Source of the DNA: Haliotis rufescens
Lineage: Eukaryota
Direction of reading: 5' to 3'
DNA: 64,000 nucleotides
Assembly: GCF_023055435.1 (NCBI RefSeq)
Contig: NW_025963902.1
Location: 7,130,001 to 7,194,000 of the forward strand
Shown here one piece after another: positions 1 to 9,852 of the stretch; within the stretch, counting starts at the first letter, position 1; the number at the start of each line of letters is the position of its first letter. The translations under genes were made by a program, and so were the position numbers. Under the pieces are notes generated by a model. The model did no database searches. It saw nothing but the letters and a program-made list of their open reading frames with translations, and was not told the DNA's origin.

Positions 1-39
1 GAATTCGAGTCAGACAAACCAAAAGAAACTACTTAGCTT

Positions 40-111
40 ATCGCTTATTGGTGTATCTCCGCAATGTCCCTCACGCTGTCTGTTTCCGGAAGAAAGTGTT
101 CTTATGTAAGT
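40..111 (+). promoter_or_regulatory. Candidate promoter / non-coding exon 1 and splice donor of the ZF gene
   Basis: ATTGG (reverse CCAAT), an ETS-like TTCCGGAAG and a consensus donor GTAAGT at 106-111. Equivalents lie near 11541, 34179 and 55954; it is absent from unit 4. Motif inference only. Confidence 0.35.
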
Positions 112-320
112 GAGATCGGCTTCTGACGGATACAGCCGAAGTTATTCCGCTGCATTTGACCTAGTTTCCCATAGAAGCTGTGCACATATTTCGCTAATGA
201 CCGCTGTCAAATCCGATAGTGTTCTTTTTCATTCGCATAATTAATGCATTCGGTTCCAATTCAGGAGCTACCAATGCGCCTTCATTTTAACCCATTCAAC
301 GTTTTTATTCCAAATGCTTA

Positions 321-598
321 GAGTGAGTGAGTTGGGTTCAACGCCGCTTTTAACATTATTCCAGTCATATCACGGCGTGTCAGCTTAATGTGGGAGGAAA
401 GCCCGAAGTGATGCAGGTCTCAGACGTTTACCACTTTGGTGAAACACACGAGCACGGGTATGGTGCTGACAAACCCAGAAACATAATCAGGGCGAACCGG
501 GATTCGAACCCACAATCATAGGTTTCTGGCGTGCCCAAGGGACGCAACTCTGCACAGCGAATCGCGGCGCCTTAGACGACTCGGCCACCCGTGCCCCC
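321..598 (-). mobile_element. tRNA-derived SINE family B (Leu/Ser-like head, (CTCA)n tail)
   Basis: Reverse-complement match to 4196-4478. Paralogs at ~11756-12033, ~34394-34671 and ~56169-56464. Confidence 0.85.
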
Positions 599-1078
599 TA
601 TCCGCGGTCGAATTCAGCTAACATTGTAAGTTATCATGTAAAAAAGACAGCTCTAAATATATAAAAATACATGGTCAGTTTTAATTAATGGGTTAATGTA
701 CATTTAAACGAAAACATACAAAATTACAGCTGCCATGGGATTCATTCTGCACTGAAGGCTGCGAAAACTGCTTGTGATTTGGTATGTTTGAACCTGTATG
801 TAGCGCGTAAAGCCGGGAAGTCATACACAAAGGCAACACTCAAATTTAAGTGACAGTACGGCAAAGATTACAAAATGACGTCGCGAATGATATCCATGGT
901 AGATCATTTCATAACGGCTACTTATGGTGTCTCGTTTGACAGTGATCCATTTATCCATTTAACCGCACTGACCCAATCCCTAGTTTTCTCTCCTGGAGAC
1001 CAGCCTTTGGCTGCGCTTGCGCCGCACTGATACAGGCAATTCCATAACGGCGGCCTCCATGAGACAAAGAAAAATGGC

Positions 1079-1238
1079 CTAGCCTAATAGCCTAATGGTT
1101 AAAGCGTTCGCTCGTCACGCCGAAGACCTGGGTTCGATTCCCGACATGGGTACAATGTGTGAAGCCCATTTCTTGTGTCCCCCGCCGTGATGTTGCTGGA
1201 ATATTCCAAAAAGCGGCGTAAAACCATACTGACTCACT
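1079..1238 (+). mobile_element. tRNA-derived SINE family A (Asp-like head), ~160 bp
   Basis: Box A TAGCCTAATGG, GTC anticodon-like loop, box B GGTTCGATTCC, tail GCTGGAATATT...GCGGCGTAAAAC-CTCAC. Present at the same site in all five units. Confidence 0.85.
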
Positions 1239-1306
1239 GTTTATAAATGGACTGGACTGTGACGTCGTTTGAGGGCGCTAATATAACCTTATAATGGTGT
1301 ACTTAG

Positions 1307-1606
1307 AAATCAGAAGACATGAAAAGGCACATGGCGATTCACTGTGGAATCAAGCCTCACCAGTGCACTGTTTGTAAGAAAACATTATCAGGTCATCTGC
1401 AGAAACATAATTTTTTTTTTTTATGCTGATTCACACAGGAGTCAAACCTTATCAGTGTGTAGAATGTGGGAAAGGGTTCACACAGTCAGGCAGCCTGCAG
1501 AAACACATGAATGTACACAGCAGAAGCAACCCTTATCAATGTGTAGAATGTGGGAAAGAGTTCACACAGTCAGGTGGCCTGCAGAAACACATGATGATTC
1601 ATAGTG
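1307..1606 (+). pseudogene. Intronic C2H2-ZF fragment cassette (partial finger 1, finger 2 with poly-T insertion, two further fingers)
   Basis: Near-identical to 2455-2560 and to fingers found in the unit-4/5 main exons, and frameshifted by a poly-T tract. Paralogs at ~12742-13042, ~35380-35680 and ~57177-57479. Confidence 0.85.
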
Positions 1607-1913
1607 TTTATAAATTGACTGGACTGTGACGTCACACAATTCGCGAAAAATCGCGTTGAATATGGCCGTTTGAGGGCGCTAATATAACCTTATAATGGTA
1701 TACTTAGAAATACTAAATAGTGTACGAAATGTGTCATTTTTCTGGGTACGAATATTCCACTGGTACGAAATGTCTGGTGTTTTCCCGCAGTACTAATTCG
1801 TTTGGGGTATGAAATTACCACAAACAGCTATTATCAGTGTGTTAAATGTGGGAAAAACATGAACAAAATCAGGTCTTACATCATGATCCATAACACATCA
1901 CCAACTTGTGTAT

Positions 1914-2158
1914 AGTTTGTTTGTTGTTTAACGCCGCACTCAGCAATATTCAAGCTATATGACGGCGGTCTGTAAATAATCGAGTATGGACCAGACAATC
2001 CAGTGATTAATATCATGGGCATCGATCGATCCACGCAATTGGGATCCATGACATGCATCAACCAAGTCAGCGAACCTGACCACCCGAACCCGTTAGTCGC
2101 CTTTTACGGCAAACATGGGTTGCTGAAGACCTATTATACCCCGGATCTTCACGGGTCT
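1914..2158 (-). mobile_element. SINE-like family C (no tRNA head; begins GACCCGTGAAGATCCGGGG; (CAAA)n tail)
   Basis: Homologous to 4970-5230, 7415-7657 and 9853-10050. Lies just upstream of every ZF exon acceptor. Confidence 0.8.
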
Positions 2159-2270
2159 CAGCCCTCGTTATTGTTGGTGTTCTTGTGGAAACATCTTTTG
2201 AAAATGCATTATCATGATAAAAGACAACTCTTTTGTTTTCAGTGAACACCATAACATCCACAAGTTAACA

Positions 2271-3845
2271 ATGGAAGTACAAAGCCAACCACAGAATCCT
2301 GGCTCTGTTTCTGAAACATGTGTAGTCAGTGACTGTGAGAGAGAATTGCTGGAAATTACTGACACTCAGGAAATAGGTGATCTCAAGGAACACAAAGATT
2401 GTGGTGGTCCAGAAGATCAATCAACGTCTAGTGCATGCGGGAAAACATTTATTAAATCAGAAGACATGAAAAGGCACATGGCGATTCACTGTGGAATCAA
2501 GCCTCACCAGTGCACTGTTTGTAAGAAAACATTATCAGGTCATCTGCAGAAACATATGCTGATTCACACTGGAGTCACACGTTATCAGTGTGTTGAATGT
2601 GGTAAAAGGTTTAGAGGTTCAGGACATCTGCAGGCACACATGAGGATTCACAGTGGAATTAAGCCTTATCCGTGCATTGTGTGTGAGAAGACATTTACAC
2701 AATCGGGTCAGCTGCAGTCACACATGAGGATTCACACTGGAATCAAACCTTATCAGTGTGTAGAATGTGGGAAGGAATTTACACGATCAAATTACCTGCA
2801 GATACACTTGAGGATTCACAGTGGAGTCAAGCCTAATCAGTGTAATATATGTGAGAAAACATTGACACGATTAAGTACTCTGAAGAATCACATCAGGATT
2901 CACACTGGAATCAAACTTTATCAGTGTGTTGAATGTGGGAAGGGATTTACACGATCAAATACCCTGCAGAAACACATGAGGATTCACAGTGGAGACAAGC
3001 CTTATCAGTGTAATGTATGTGAGAAAACATTTGCACGATCACGTACTCTGCAGGAACACATGATGATTCACAGTGGACTCAGACCTTATCAGTGTAATGT
3101 ATGTGAGAAAACATTTACACGATCAGGTACTCTGAAGAATCACATGGCGATTCACACTGGAATCAGACCTTATCAGTGTGTTGAATGTGGAAAAGAATTT
3201 ACAGTATCAAGTAACATGAAGAAACACATGAGGATTCACAGTGGAGTCAAGCCCTATCCATGTAATATATGTCAGAAATCATTTACACGATCAGGTACTC
3301 TGGAGAGGCACATGGCGATTCACAGTGGACTCAGACCGTATCAGTGTGTTGAATGTGGGAAAGCATTTAGACATTCATATCACCTGAAGACACACATGAT
3401 GATTCACAGTGGAATCAAGCCTCATCAGTGTGTTGAATGCGGGAAAACATTTGCACAATCAAGTAATCTGCAGAAACACATCAGAATTCACAGTGAAGTC
3501 AAGCCTTATCCGTGTAATATATGTCAGAAATCATTTACACGATCAGGTACCTTGGAGAGGCACATGGCGATTCACACTGGAATGAGACCTCATCAGTGTG
3601 TTGAATGCGGGAAAGCATTTGCACAATCAGGTAACCTGAAGACACACATGATGATTCACAGTGGAGTCAAGCCTTATCAGTGTGTTGTGTGTGATAAGTG
3701 GTTCACACACTCAAGTAGCCTGCAGAAACACATGACCATTCATAGTGCTAGCAAGCCGTATCAGTGTGATGTGTGTGGTAAAGCGTTTACATACTCAAAT
3801 AGCCTGAAGCGACACCTGACCATTCATAGTGGAAGCAAGCCTTAG
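2271..3845 (+). CDS. Multi-C2H2 zinc-finger protein, 17 fingers (first finger lacks its first Cys), no KRAB/SCAN/SET domain visible
   Basis: Track ORF 2214-3845. Splice acceptor ctcttttgttttcAG at 2241-2242, then acaATGG at 2271. Tandem CX2CX12HX3H fingers with TGxKPY-type linkers. Confidence 0.85.
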   Translation: MEVQSQPQNPGSVSETCVVSDCERELLEITDTQEIGDLKEHKDCGGPEDQSTSSACGKTFIKSEDMKRHMAIHCGIKPHQCTVCKKTLSGHLQKHMLIHTGVTRYQCVECGKRFRGSGHLQAHMRIHSGIKPYPCIVCEKTFTQSGQLQSHMRIHTGIKPYQCVECGKEFTRSNYLQIHLRIHSGVKPNQCNICEKTLTRLSTLKNHIRIHTGIKLYQCVECGKGFTRSNTLQKHMRIHSGDKPYQCNVCEKTFARSRTLQEHMMIHSGLRPYQCNVCEKTFTRSGTLKNHMAIHTGIRPYQCVECGKEFTVSSNMKKHMRIHSGVKPYPCNICQKSFTRSGTLERHMAIHSGLRPYQCVECGKAFRHSYHLKTHMMIHSGIKPHQCVECGKTFAQSSNLQKHIRIHSEVKPYPCNICQKSFTRSGTLERHMAIHTGMRPHQCVECGKAFAQSGNLKTHMMIHSGVKPYQCVVCDKWFTHSSSLQKHMTIHSASKPYQCDVCGKAFTYSNSLKRHLTIHSGSKP

Positions 3846-4022
3846 CAGTGTGTTCGATGTGGGAAAATGTTTTGACACTCAGGTACTCTGCATACACAAG
3901 TGATGATTCACAATGGAATCAAACCTTTACGAGTGCATTGTTTGTGAGAAAGGATTGACACACTCAGGTAATCTGCAGAAACACAAGGATTCGCCGTGGA
4001 ATCCAACTTATCAGTGTGTTCA
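3846..4022 (+). pseudogene. Two to three decayed zinc fingers in the 3' UTR
   Basis: The TAG stop sits where the linker Tyr codon would be. It is followed by CVRCGKMF*HSGTLHTQVMIH and CIVCEKGLTHSGNLQKH. Seen after every full exon. Confidence 0.75.
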
Positions 4023-4063
4023 ATGAAGCGAGGGATGTAACATCACACGTTTCATAGTTCAGG

Positions 4064-4069
4064 AATAAA
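4064..4069 (+). terminator. Candidate poly(A) signal of the ZF gene
   Basis: AATAAA ~220 nt after the stop codon, conserved in all units. Confidence 0.4.
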
Positions 4070-4195
4070 GGTTTACAAAGTTCATATTCTTGCTGCGTAG
4101 GGGATATTTAAATCCAATGCTAACTATCTCGGCCGTTAATAATCCTCTGGCCATGTAGTGACCACATGTTTACACCACGTGCTCTTGGACAGGGA

Positions 4196-4478
4196 GGGGG
4201 CACGGGTGGCCCATTGGTCTAAGGCGCCGCGATTCACTGTGCAGAGTTGCGTCCCTTGAGCTTGCCAGAAACCTATGACTGTGGGTTCGAATCCCGGTTC
4301 GCCCCAATTATGTTTCTAGGTTTGTCAGCACCATACCCGTGCTCGTGGGTTTCCCCGAAGTGGTAAACGTCTGAGACCTGCATCACTTCGGGCTTTCCTC
4401 CCACATTAAGCTGACACGCCGCGATATAACTGGAATATTGTTAAATGCGGCGTTAAACCCAACTCACTCACTCACTCT
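4196..4478 (+). mobile_element. tRNA-derived SINE family B
   Basis: GTGGCC.A.TGGTCTAAGGCGCC (box A) and GTGGGTTCGAATCCC (box B), central TTTCCTCCCAC motif, shared tail and (CTCA)n. Paralogs at ~26837, ~38272, ~48576 and ~60489. Confidence 0.85.
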
Positions 4479-4969
4479 GAAACCACCTCCGTATTGAAGG
4501 GGTGGCAGGGCTTTGCCCGTTGACCTTGAGGCCCAGAGTTTGCCTCGTGGAGGACGTAAGCAAGTTCATATTCTTGCTGCGTAGGGGATATTTAAATCCA
4601 ATGCTATCTATCTCGGTCGTTAATAATCCTCTGGCCATGTAGTGACCACATGTTTACACCACGTGCTCTTGGACAGGGATACATCAAAGGCTATCTTATC
4701 TTCCTTACATGTAGTCATACAGCAACTCTGTATGTTTCAGAGTTGACCAGTAATTAGCCTGTCCAGAACAAGACAATAAACTAACTGTCATCGTCTACAA
4801 CCCTGCTTTGACAAACAAGGTAGTTAGCCTGTTTAATTAGTGTGCTGATTGTTCTTATACACCACTAGACTCTTGGTCAAAACAAGGCAATTAACATATT
4901 TGCTGTGACCTGCAACCCGTGCCAACTTAAATTATTACTGAACCATTGTGACAAGTTCACGTTACATTA

Positions 4970-5230
4970 ACCCGTGAAGATCCGGGGTAGAATAGGTCTC
5001 CAGCAACCCGTGTTTGCCGTAAAAGGCGACTATGCTTGTCGTAAGAGGCGACAAACGGGATCGGGTGGTCAGGATTTGGTTGACGCATGTCATCGTGTCC
5101 CAATTGCGTGGATCGATGCTCATGATGTCAATCTCTGGATTGTCTGTTCCAGCCTCGATTATTTACAGACCGCCGTCATATAGCTTGTCTATTGCTGAGT
5201 GCGGCGTTAAACAACAAACAAATAAACAAA
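4970..5230 (+). mobile_element. SINE-like family C
   Basis: ACCCGTGAAGATCCGGGGTAGAATAGG...GCGGCGTTAAACAACAAACAAA. Paralogs in all units. Confidence 0.8.
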
Positions 5231-5651
5231 AAATAACCAAATTTTCAGTGAGACATTTTCCATAGAGTGTGAATAAGTTTTCATGGAACCATAAATTCTT
5301 TGTATGGATTAATGTTACACTTCAAAAGTGTATCGTACGGCTGCAAAGTACGACAACACGGGGATGCCACTTTATGCTGTGGTCTAGTGGCCGGATGCAG
5401 ATAGATATCCCTGACCGCTGACTTCATCCGGTCACCGGGCGGTCACCTGCAGGTCACCCAGGGACTCCAGCGACCTACATACATACATACATTAATATAT
5501 TGTGTCTATCAACAAGCACTACACGGTCTTGACTCTACGTCCCCTACGTCGTTACACAATACAATGGCATTTATACAAAACAGTTATTTCAATATAAAAC
5601 ACGTTATTAATTTATATATAATACTTATCACTCACTTCTGTATACAATACG

Positions 5652-5790
5652 ATGCTTGTCGTAAGAGGAGACAAACGGGATCGGATGGTAAGGCGCGCTG
5701 ACTTTATACATTGTACACATGAACGGAATCGAACCCGGGTCTTCGGCTTGACGAGCGAACCCTTTCACCACCAGGCTACCCTACCGCCCC
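5652..5790. mobile_element. Fused remnants of SINE C (+) and SINE A (-), joined by a ~0.4-kb deletion
   Basis: Units 3-5 retain both elements and their spacer (e.g. ~39729-40282). Units 1-2 join them at cgcgctga|ctttatacattg. Confidence 0.75.
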
Positions 5791-6482
5791 TTTTTGATAT
5801 TGGTGGCAATAGGTATCTCAACTAAAACTGAAGCAAATGAAATAAAGTTAATCTAAAAAAAAACGACGATTAGCAGTTGTACAATAAAACACTGCAGGGA
5901 GAATAAACCGCCAGTCGATTATTTCTTACATGAGATATCAATATTATGTTCAGCCTCTTTAAGGATGTTACTAAACCGTACAAACTTGAAATATATTTAC
6001 CCGTATTTACATAATGATGACTCCCTGAATGAAATCCGACCTCGGCAATGTCGGACAAGTCCATTTTGCGAACAGGTGGGATAAGTTTGGTATTTCCCGC
6101 ATATTCTCACATTCCTAACGTCAGTTGTCTAATACCGATTGTCATATCTCTTCCACTTTTTGATGCGATCGTTCGACCCCTGAGTTTATCTGCGTAGCCT
6201 AGCTAAGAAAATATGAATCATATATTGATGGGTTATCAATTTGAAACATCAATGCACCTTAATGAAAACTGAATAAGTTCTTTATAAACTTCATTAAAGC
6301 AAGAGATGCGAGTACAATGAATGTTACCACAAAAAAAATAAAAAAAATAGGAATATTAATACCATTACCATTTCTACTTTTTTTTTCAGTATTTGTCATA
6401 AAAACACAAATCCGCATAGAAATAGGTAATCGATGAAATAAGTTATAGAAAAACAGACCGGTCCCCTGCCTCTACCGAGGTG

Positions 6483-6644
6483 GTCGGTGGGGTAGCCTGG
6501 TGGTGAAGGGGTTCGGTCGTCACGCCCAATACCAAGGTTCTATTCCCCACATGGATACAATGTGTGAAGTTCATTTCTGGTGTCCTCCGACGTGATATTG
6601 CAGGAATAGTGCTAAAAGCGGCGTAAAACTATACTCACTCACTC
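6483..6644 (+). mobile_element. SINE family A
   Basis: GGGGTAGCCTGGTGG...GGTTCTATTCCCC...GCGGCGTAAAAC-(CTCA)n. Confidence 0.8.
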
Positions 6645-7414
6645 GCTGTTGAGGCAGAGCCCATATTAGGCACATATGTATATCGTCTCTGGTTGAAGCG
6701 AAGGACAGGATGTATTCTTAAAATAGCAACACAATCCCACCAGCGCTCGTCATAACGTGCAGGAAGCAAAGCCGGGAGGTCGCACACAGGCAGCAATCAA
6801 ATGTAAGTAATTACAAGATTACAATATTACATGGCTTCGAAGTTAGATCATTTGACAGCGTCTGCTTAGAGAAATGCGTCTCTTTTCTTTGTGATCGTGG
6901 CTTTTTATCCATTTTAACTCACTATCCCCTGTGTTTCTCTCCTGGAGACCTGGTTGTCTAGGTAGGCAGCGCGTGCGCTTCAGTGATACAGCCACGACTC
7001 AACAATGGCGGCTTCCATTCGATATGGAAACGTGGCGCACGCTTTATCAGCTGTTTATGTATTTACTACGGAAAGACGCTAGAACGGGAGCTTAGAAAAT
7101 GTCCGTGGCATCATGAATACTGTTGCAACGTGTATGTCAGGAGAATAACGTCCATTTTTACTTATATTATAAATAAAGGGAAACTACACTCTGGCTTCTA
7201 TCCGACTGCCTCACACCACCAGCTAAGGCTCATATTTTTATTCAGTAGCTGCCGTGAGTCGATCAGCTGGCTAACGCAACAGAGCGCGACAACCTCATCG
7301 GATGCCGTTATTAGGAATTCCCCTGATGGTTATAGTTTGATAAAAAATATGTCTCCCCGCAGTGAAAACATGTTCGGATTTCTGAATGCGTGGATTATAA
7401 GATGACAGATTATT

Positions 7415-7657
7415 TGGTTGTTTGTTTGTTTAACGCCGCACGCAGCAAAATTCCAGCTATATGACGGCGGTCTGTAAATAATCGAGGCTTGACCAGACAA
7501 TCCAGTGATTGACATCATAAGCATCGATCCAAGCAATTGGAATACGATGACATGCATCAACCAAGTCAGCAAGCATGACCACCCGATCCCGTTAGTCGCC
7601 TCTTACGACAAGCTTAGTTGGTTGCTAAAGAACTATTCTACCCCGGATCTTCACGGG
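7415..7657 (-). mobile_element. SINE-like family C
   Basis: Reverse match to the family C copies. Has an internal deletion relative to the unit-3 copy (~41900-42163). Confidence 0.8.
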
Positions 7658-7976
7658 CAAGGTGACATATTGATTTGGATACCATTGCTGTATTTTATAG
7701 GTTGATCTTTAATAATATCACGTTATAATATCATGTCAACAGACCTATACTATTAAAAAGAACAATTTGATTTATTTGAAGCCGTAATTATAACCCCATT
7801 TTCCCATTCCATTGGTTTTGTATACTATCGACTGTCGGATGTTGAAGGAACAAGAAGATAAAGTCATCAATATAATCAGATAGAATTAGTGGTAGAACCA
7901 CTCAGATTGTCTGACAAAGACTGCCAAATTACTCAATAACGTTCATCCCTGCCTCTAGGGGTGTAGAGGATATACA

Positions 7977-8142
7977 GTGAGTGAGTGAGTATGGTTTTAC
8001 GCCGCTTTTAGCAATATTCCAGCAATATCACGGCGGGGGACACCAGAAATGGGCTTCACACATTGTACCTATGTCGAGAATCGAACCCTGCTCTTCAGCG
8101 TGACGAGCGAACGCTTTAACCACTAGGATACCCGAACGCCCC
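7977..8142 (-). mobile_element. SINE family A with target-site duplication
   Basis: Flanked by AGAGGATAT on both sides. The (GAGT)n tail is expanded to ~14 units in unit 4 (53181-53238). Confidence 0.85.
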
Positions 8143-9391
8143 AGAGGATATGTAGCATTCAGCGGTTCCCTTTTGGCATTTCTTGTGTCTGGGGTAATTT
8201 TTCAATAGAAGACTGGGTTATAAATCCAGTCTGATGCGGTGAATGGACTACATGTTAAGTAATAACCATGGCAACACAGCAAGAGAAGAATGATCAGTTG
8301 AGTTGCTAAAAAAACATCGATCAAAGGATTAACCGATAATTTGATTGATAAATCAATGTTATCTTGCAGAGAAGATTTGTCAAAAGTTAGTGTTCATGTA
8401 TGCAGGTTTACTAAAGCAGACGAAATACACCCATAGCTGGGCGTGAAGTGCTTATGTCAAAACAACATACTTTGGTCAAAGGATTAGCCGATAGTACGTT
8501 AATTAATTGATCATTTGGATTTTTTAAAGAACCATGGACATCAAAAACATAGTTGTCACGTGTGCTATCTCAGCTGACCAATGAGACTTGACACCGATGT
8601 GAAACACCTGAAACAAACTTATGTGGTCAGTTGAGAAACGAACACGAATTGAGATACCCCAAAAGGCTCTATATATCGATATTTATCATATAATTGGTAG
8701 GTTTCTCGGCAGAATAAAGCCAACGGATAAAGACGATATCCGTTGGGGTCATACGCTGATAAAGATGCAAATATCAAAGGTCAAGTAGGGACTACTTTCA
8801 CTGTTAATAGACAAACATGGCGTCGCCCTCGTCATTCGGCGATCGAGTCAGAATTAACTGTCGGGAATCTGGAGAAACTACTGGGATAATTGCTATCACT
8901 ATGAAAAGAATAGTCTAATATACTGAAAACCAGTGTCTAACTGTGACGTAGCTAAGGCATTTTATAAGTTTTAGCAACTTTGGAGATATAAATTTCGAAA
9001 CAATTTTGCGAGGGCACGAGGCCTAGCCAAGCGGGATAAGTAGCCATATCTGTGCTTCTAGACCTCTGCGCCTTGAAACCTTCTCCACAAATTAAAATTG
9101 TGTGAGATTTGGGTGAAATATGTTTGATTTGTTACCTTGTTTCGTTTTGTCGCTGTGTGTACATCTGACTACACTTCTTAACGTTATGACGGGACAGACC
9201 GACTGTCAACAACGTATGACCGTGGCCGTGACGTCTCATAGACTAGCATCAACATTCCACGCACATGATTTGTATGTTTTGTTTCCGTAAATGCGTGGCT
9301 TGAAATTTCAAATAAACCAACATGTCGACAAACATGCTACAAAATTAACGTTTCCCGTATACTTCACCGCCTTCAGGGCGGGGAAGAATAA

Positions 9392-9543
9392 AGAGGTTAT
9401 TACGCGAGTGTGTTTGGGGATGGTAAATATCCTGTATTAGGTATAAACACTATGTATTTAGCTCGCCAAGGCTCACTAAATACAATGTTTATTCCTAATG
9501 CAGGATATTAACCATCCCCAAACACACTCGCGTGATAACCTCT
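9392..9543. mobile_element. ~150-bp near-perfect palindrome (hairpin MITE-like)
   Basis: AGAGGTTATTACGCGAGTGTGTTTGGGGATGGT... pairs with ...ACCATCCCCAAACACACTCGCGTGATAACCTCT. Second copy at ~32032-32182. Confidence 0.75.
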
Positions 9544-9852
9544 ATATATAAAAATATTAGATTGTCACAAAGACACGTGACATCGAACAAGTTTCTTTGT
9601 ACAGCTTGATATGTATGGGATGTTATAGACCATCATCTAGTCTCTAAAATGATCATATCGTACAGGGAAAAAAATAGTTGTTCAATTATCTTAACAAAAA
9701 GATAATAAAAGGGAGCCCAGAGACTCTCTTCATTTGATACTGCAGTAATCTAGACTTGCCAAACATTATAGACTTGCATGGGCTATATTTGATATATATT
9801 TGTAACAGCGTCTGAAAGACAGACTAGGGATATTATTCCTCTCTCTGGATAT

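Noticed and set aside
1079-1150. tRNA-Asp-like and tRNA-Leu-like sequences as tRNA genes
   Set aside because: No proper acceptor stem or terminator; they continue into SINE bodies and tails, and some have TSDs.
1876-2261. Recurrent 60-80 aa ORFs (e.g. MMHVMDPN..., MINIMGID...)
   Set aside because: They lie within SINE C and recur only because of the SINE and segmental duplication.
2214-3845. PRDM9 identity
   Set aside because: No KRAB, SSXRD or PR/SET exon seen anywhere in the unit; the analogy concerns evolutionary mode only.
5425-5465. Triple GGTCACC motif
   Set aside because: Too short to distinguish a nuclear-receptor element from a micro-repeat.
6983-7405. 140-aa ORF
   Set aside because: GTG start, no recognisable domain, and broken differently in the other units.
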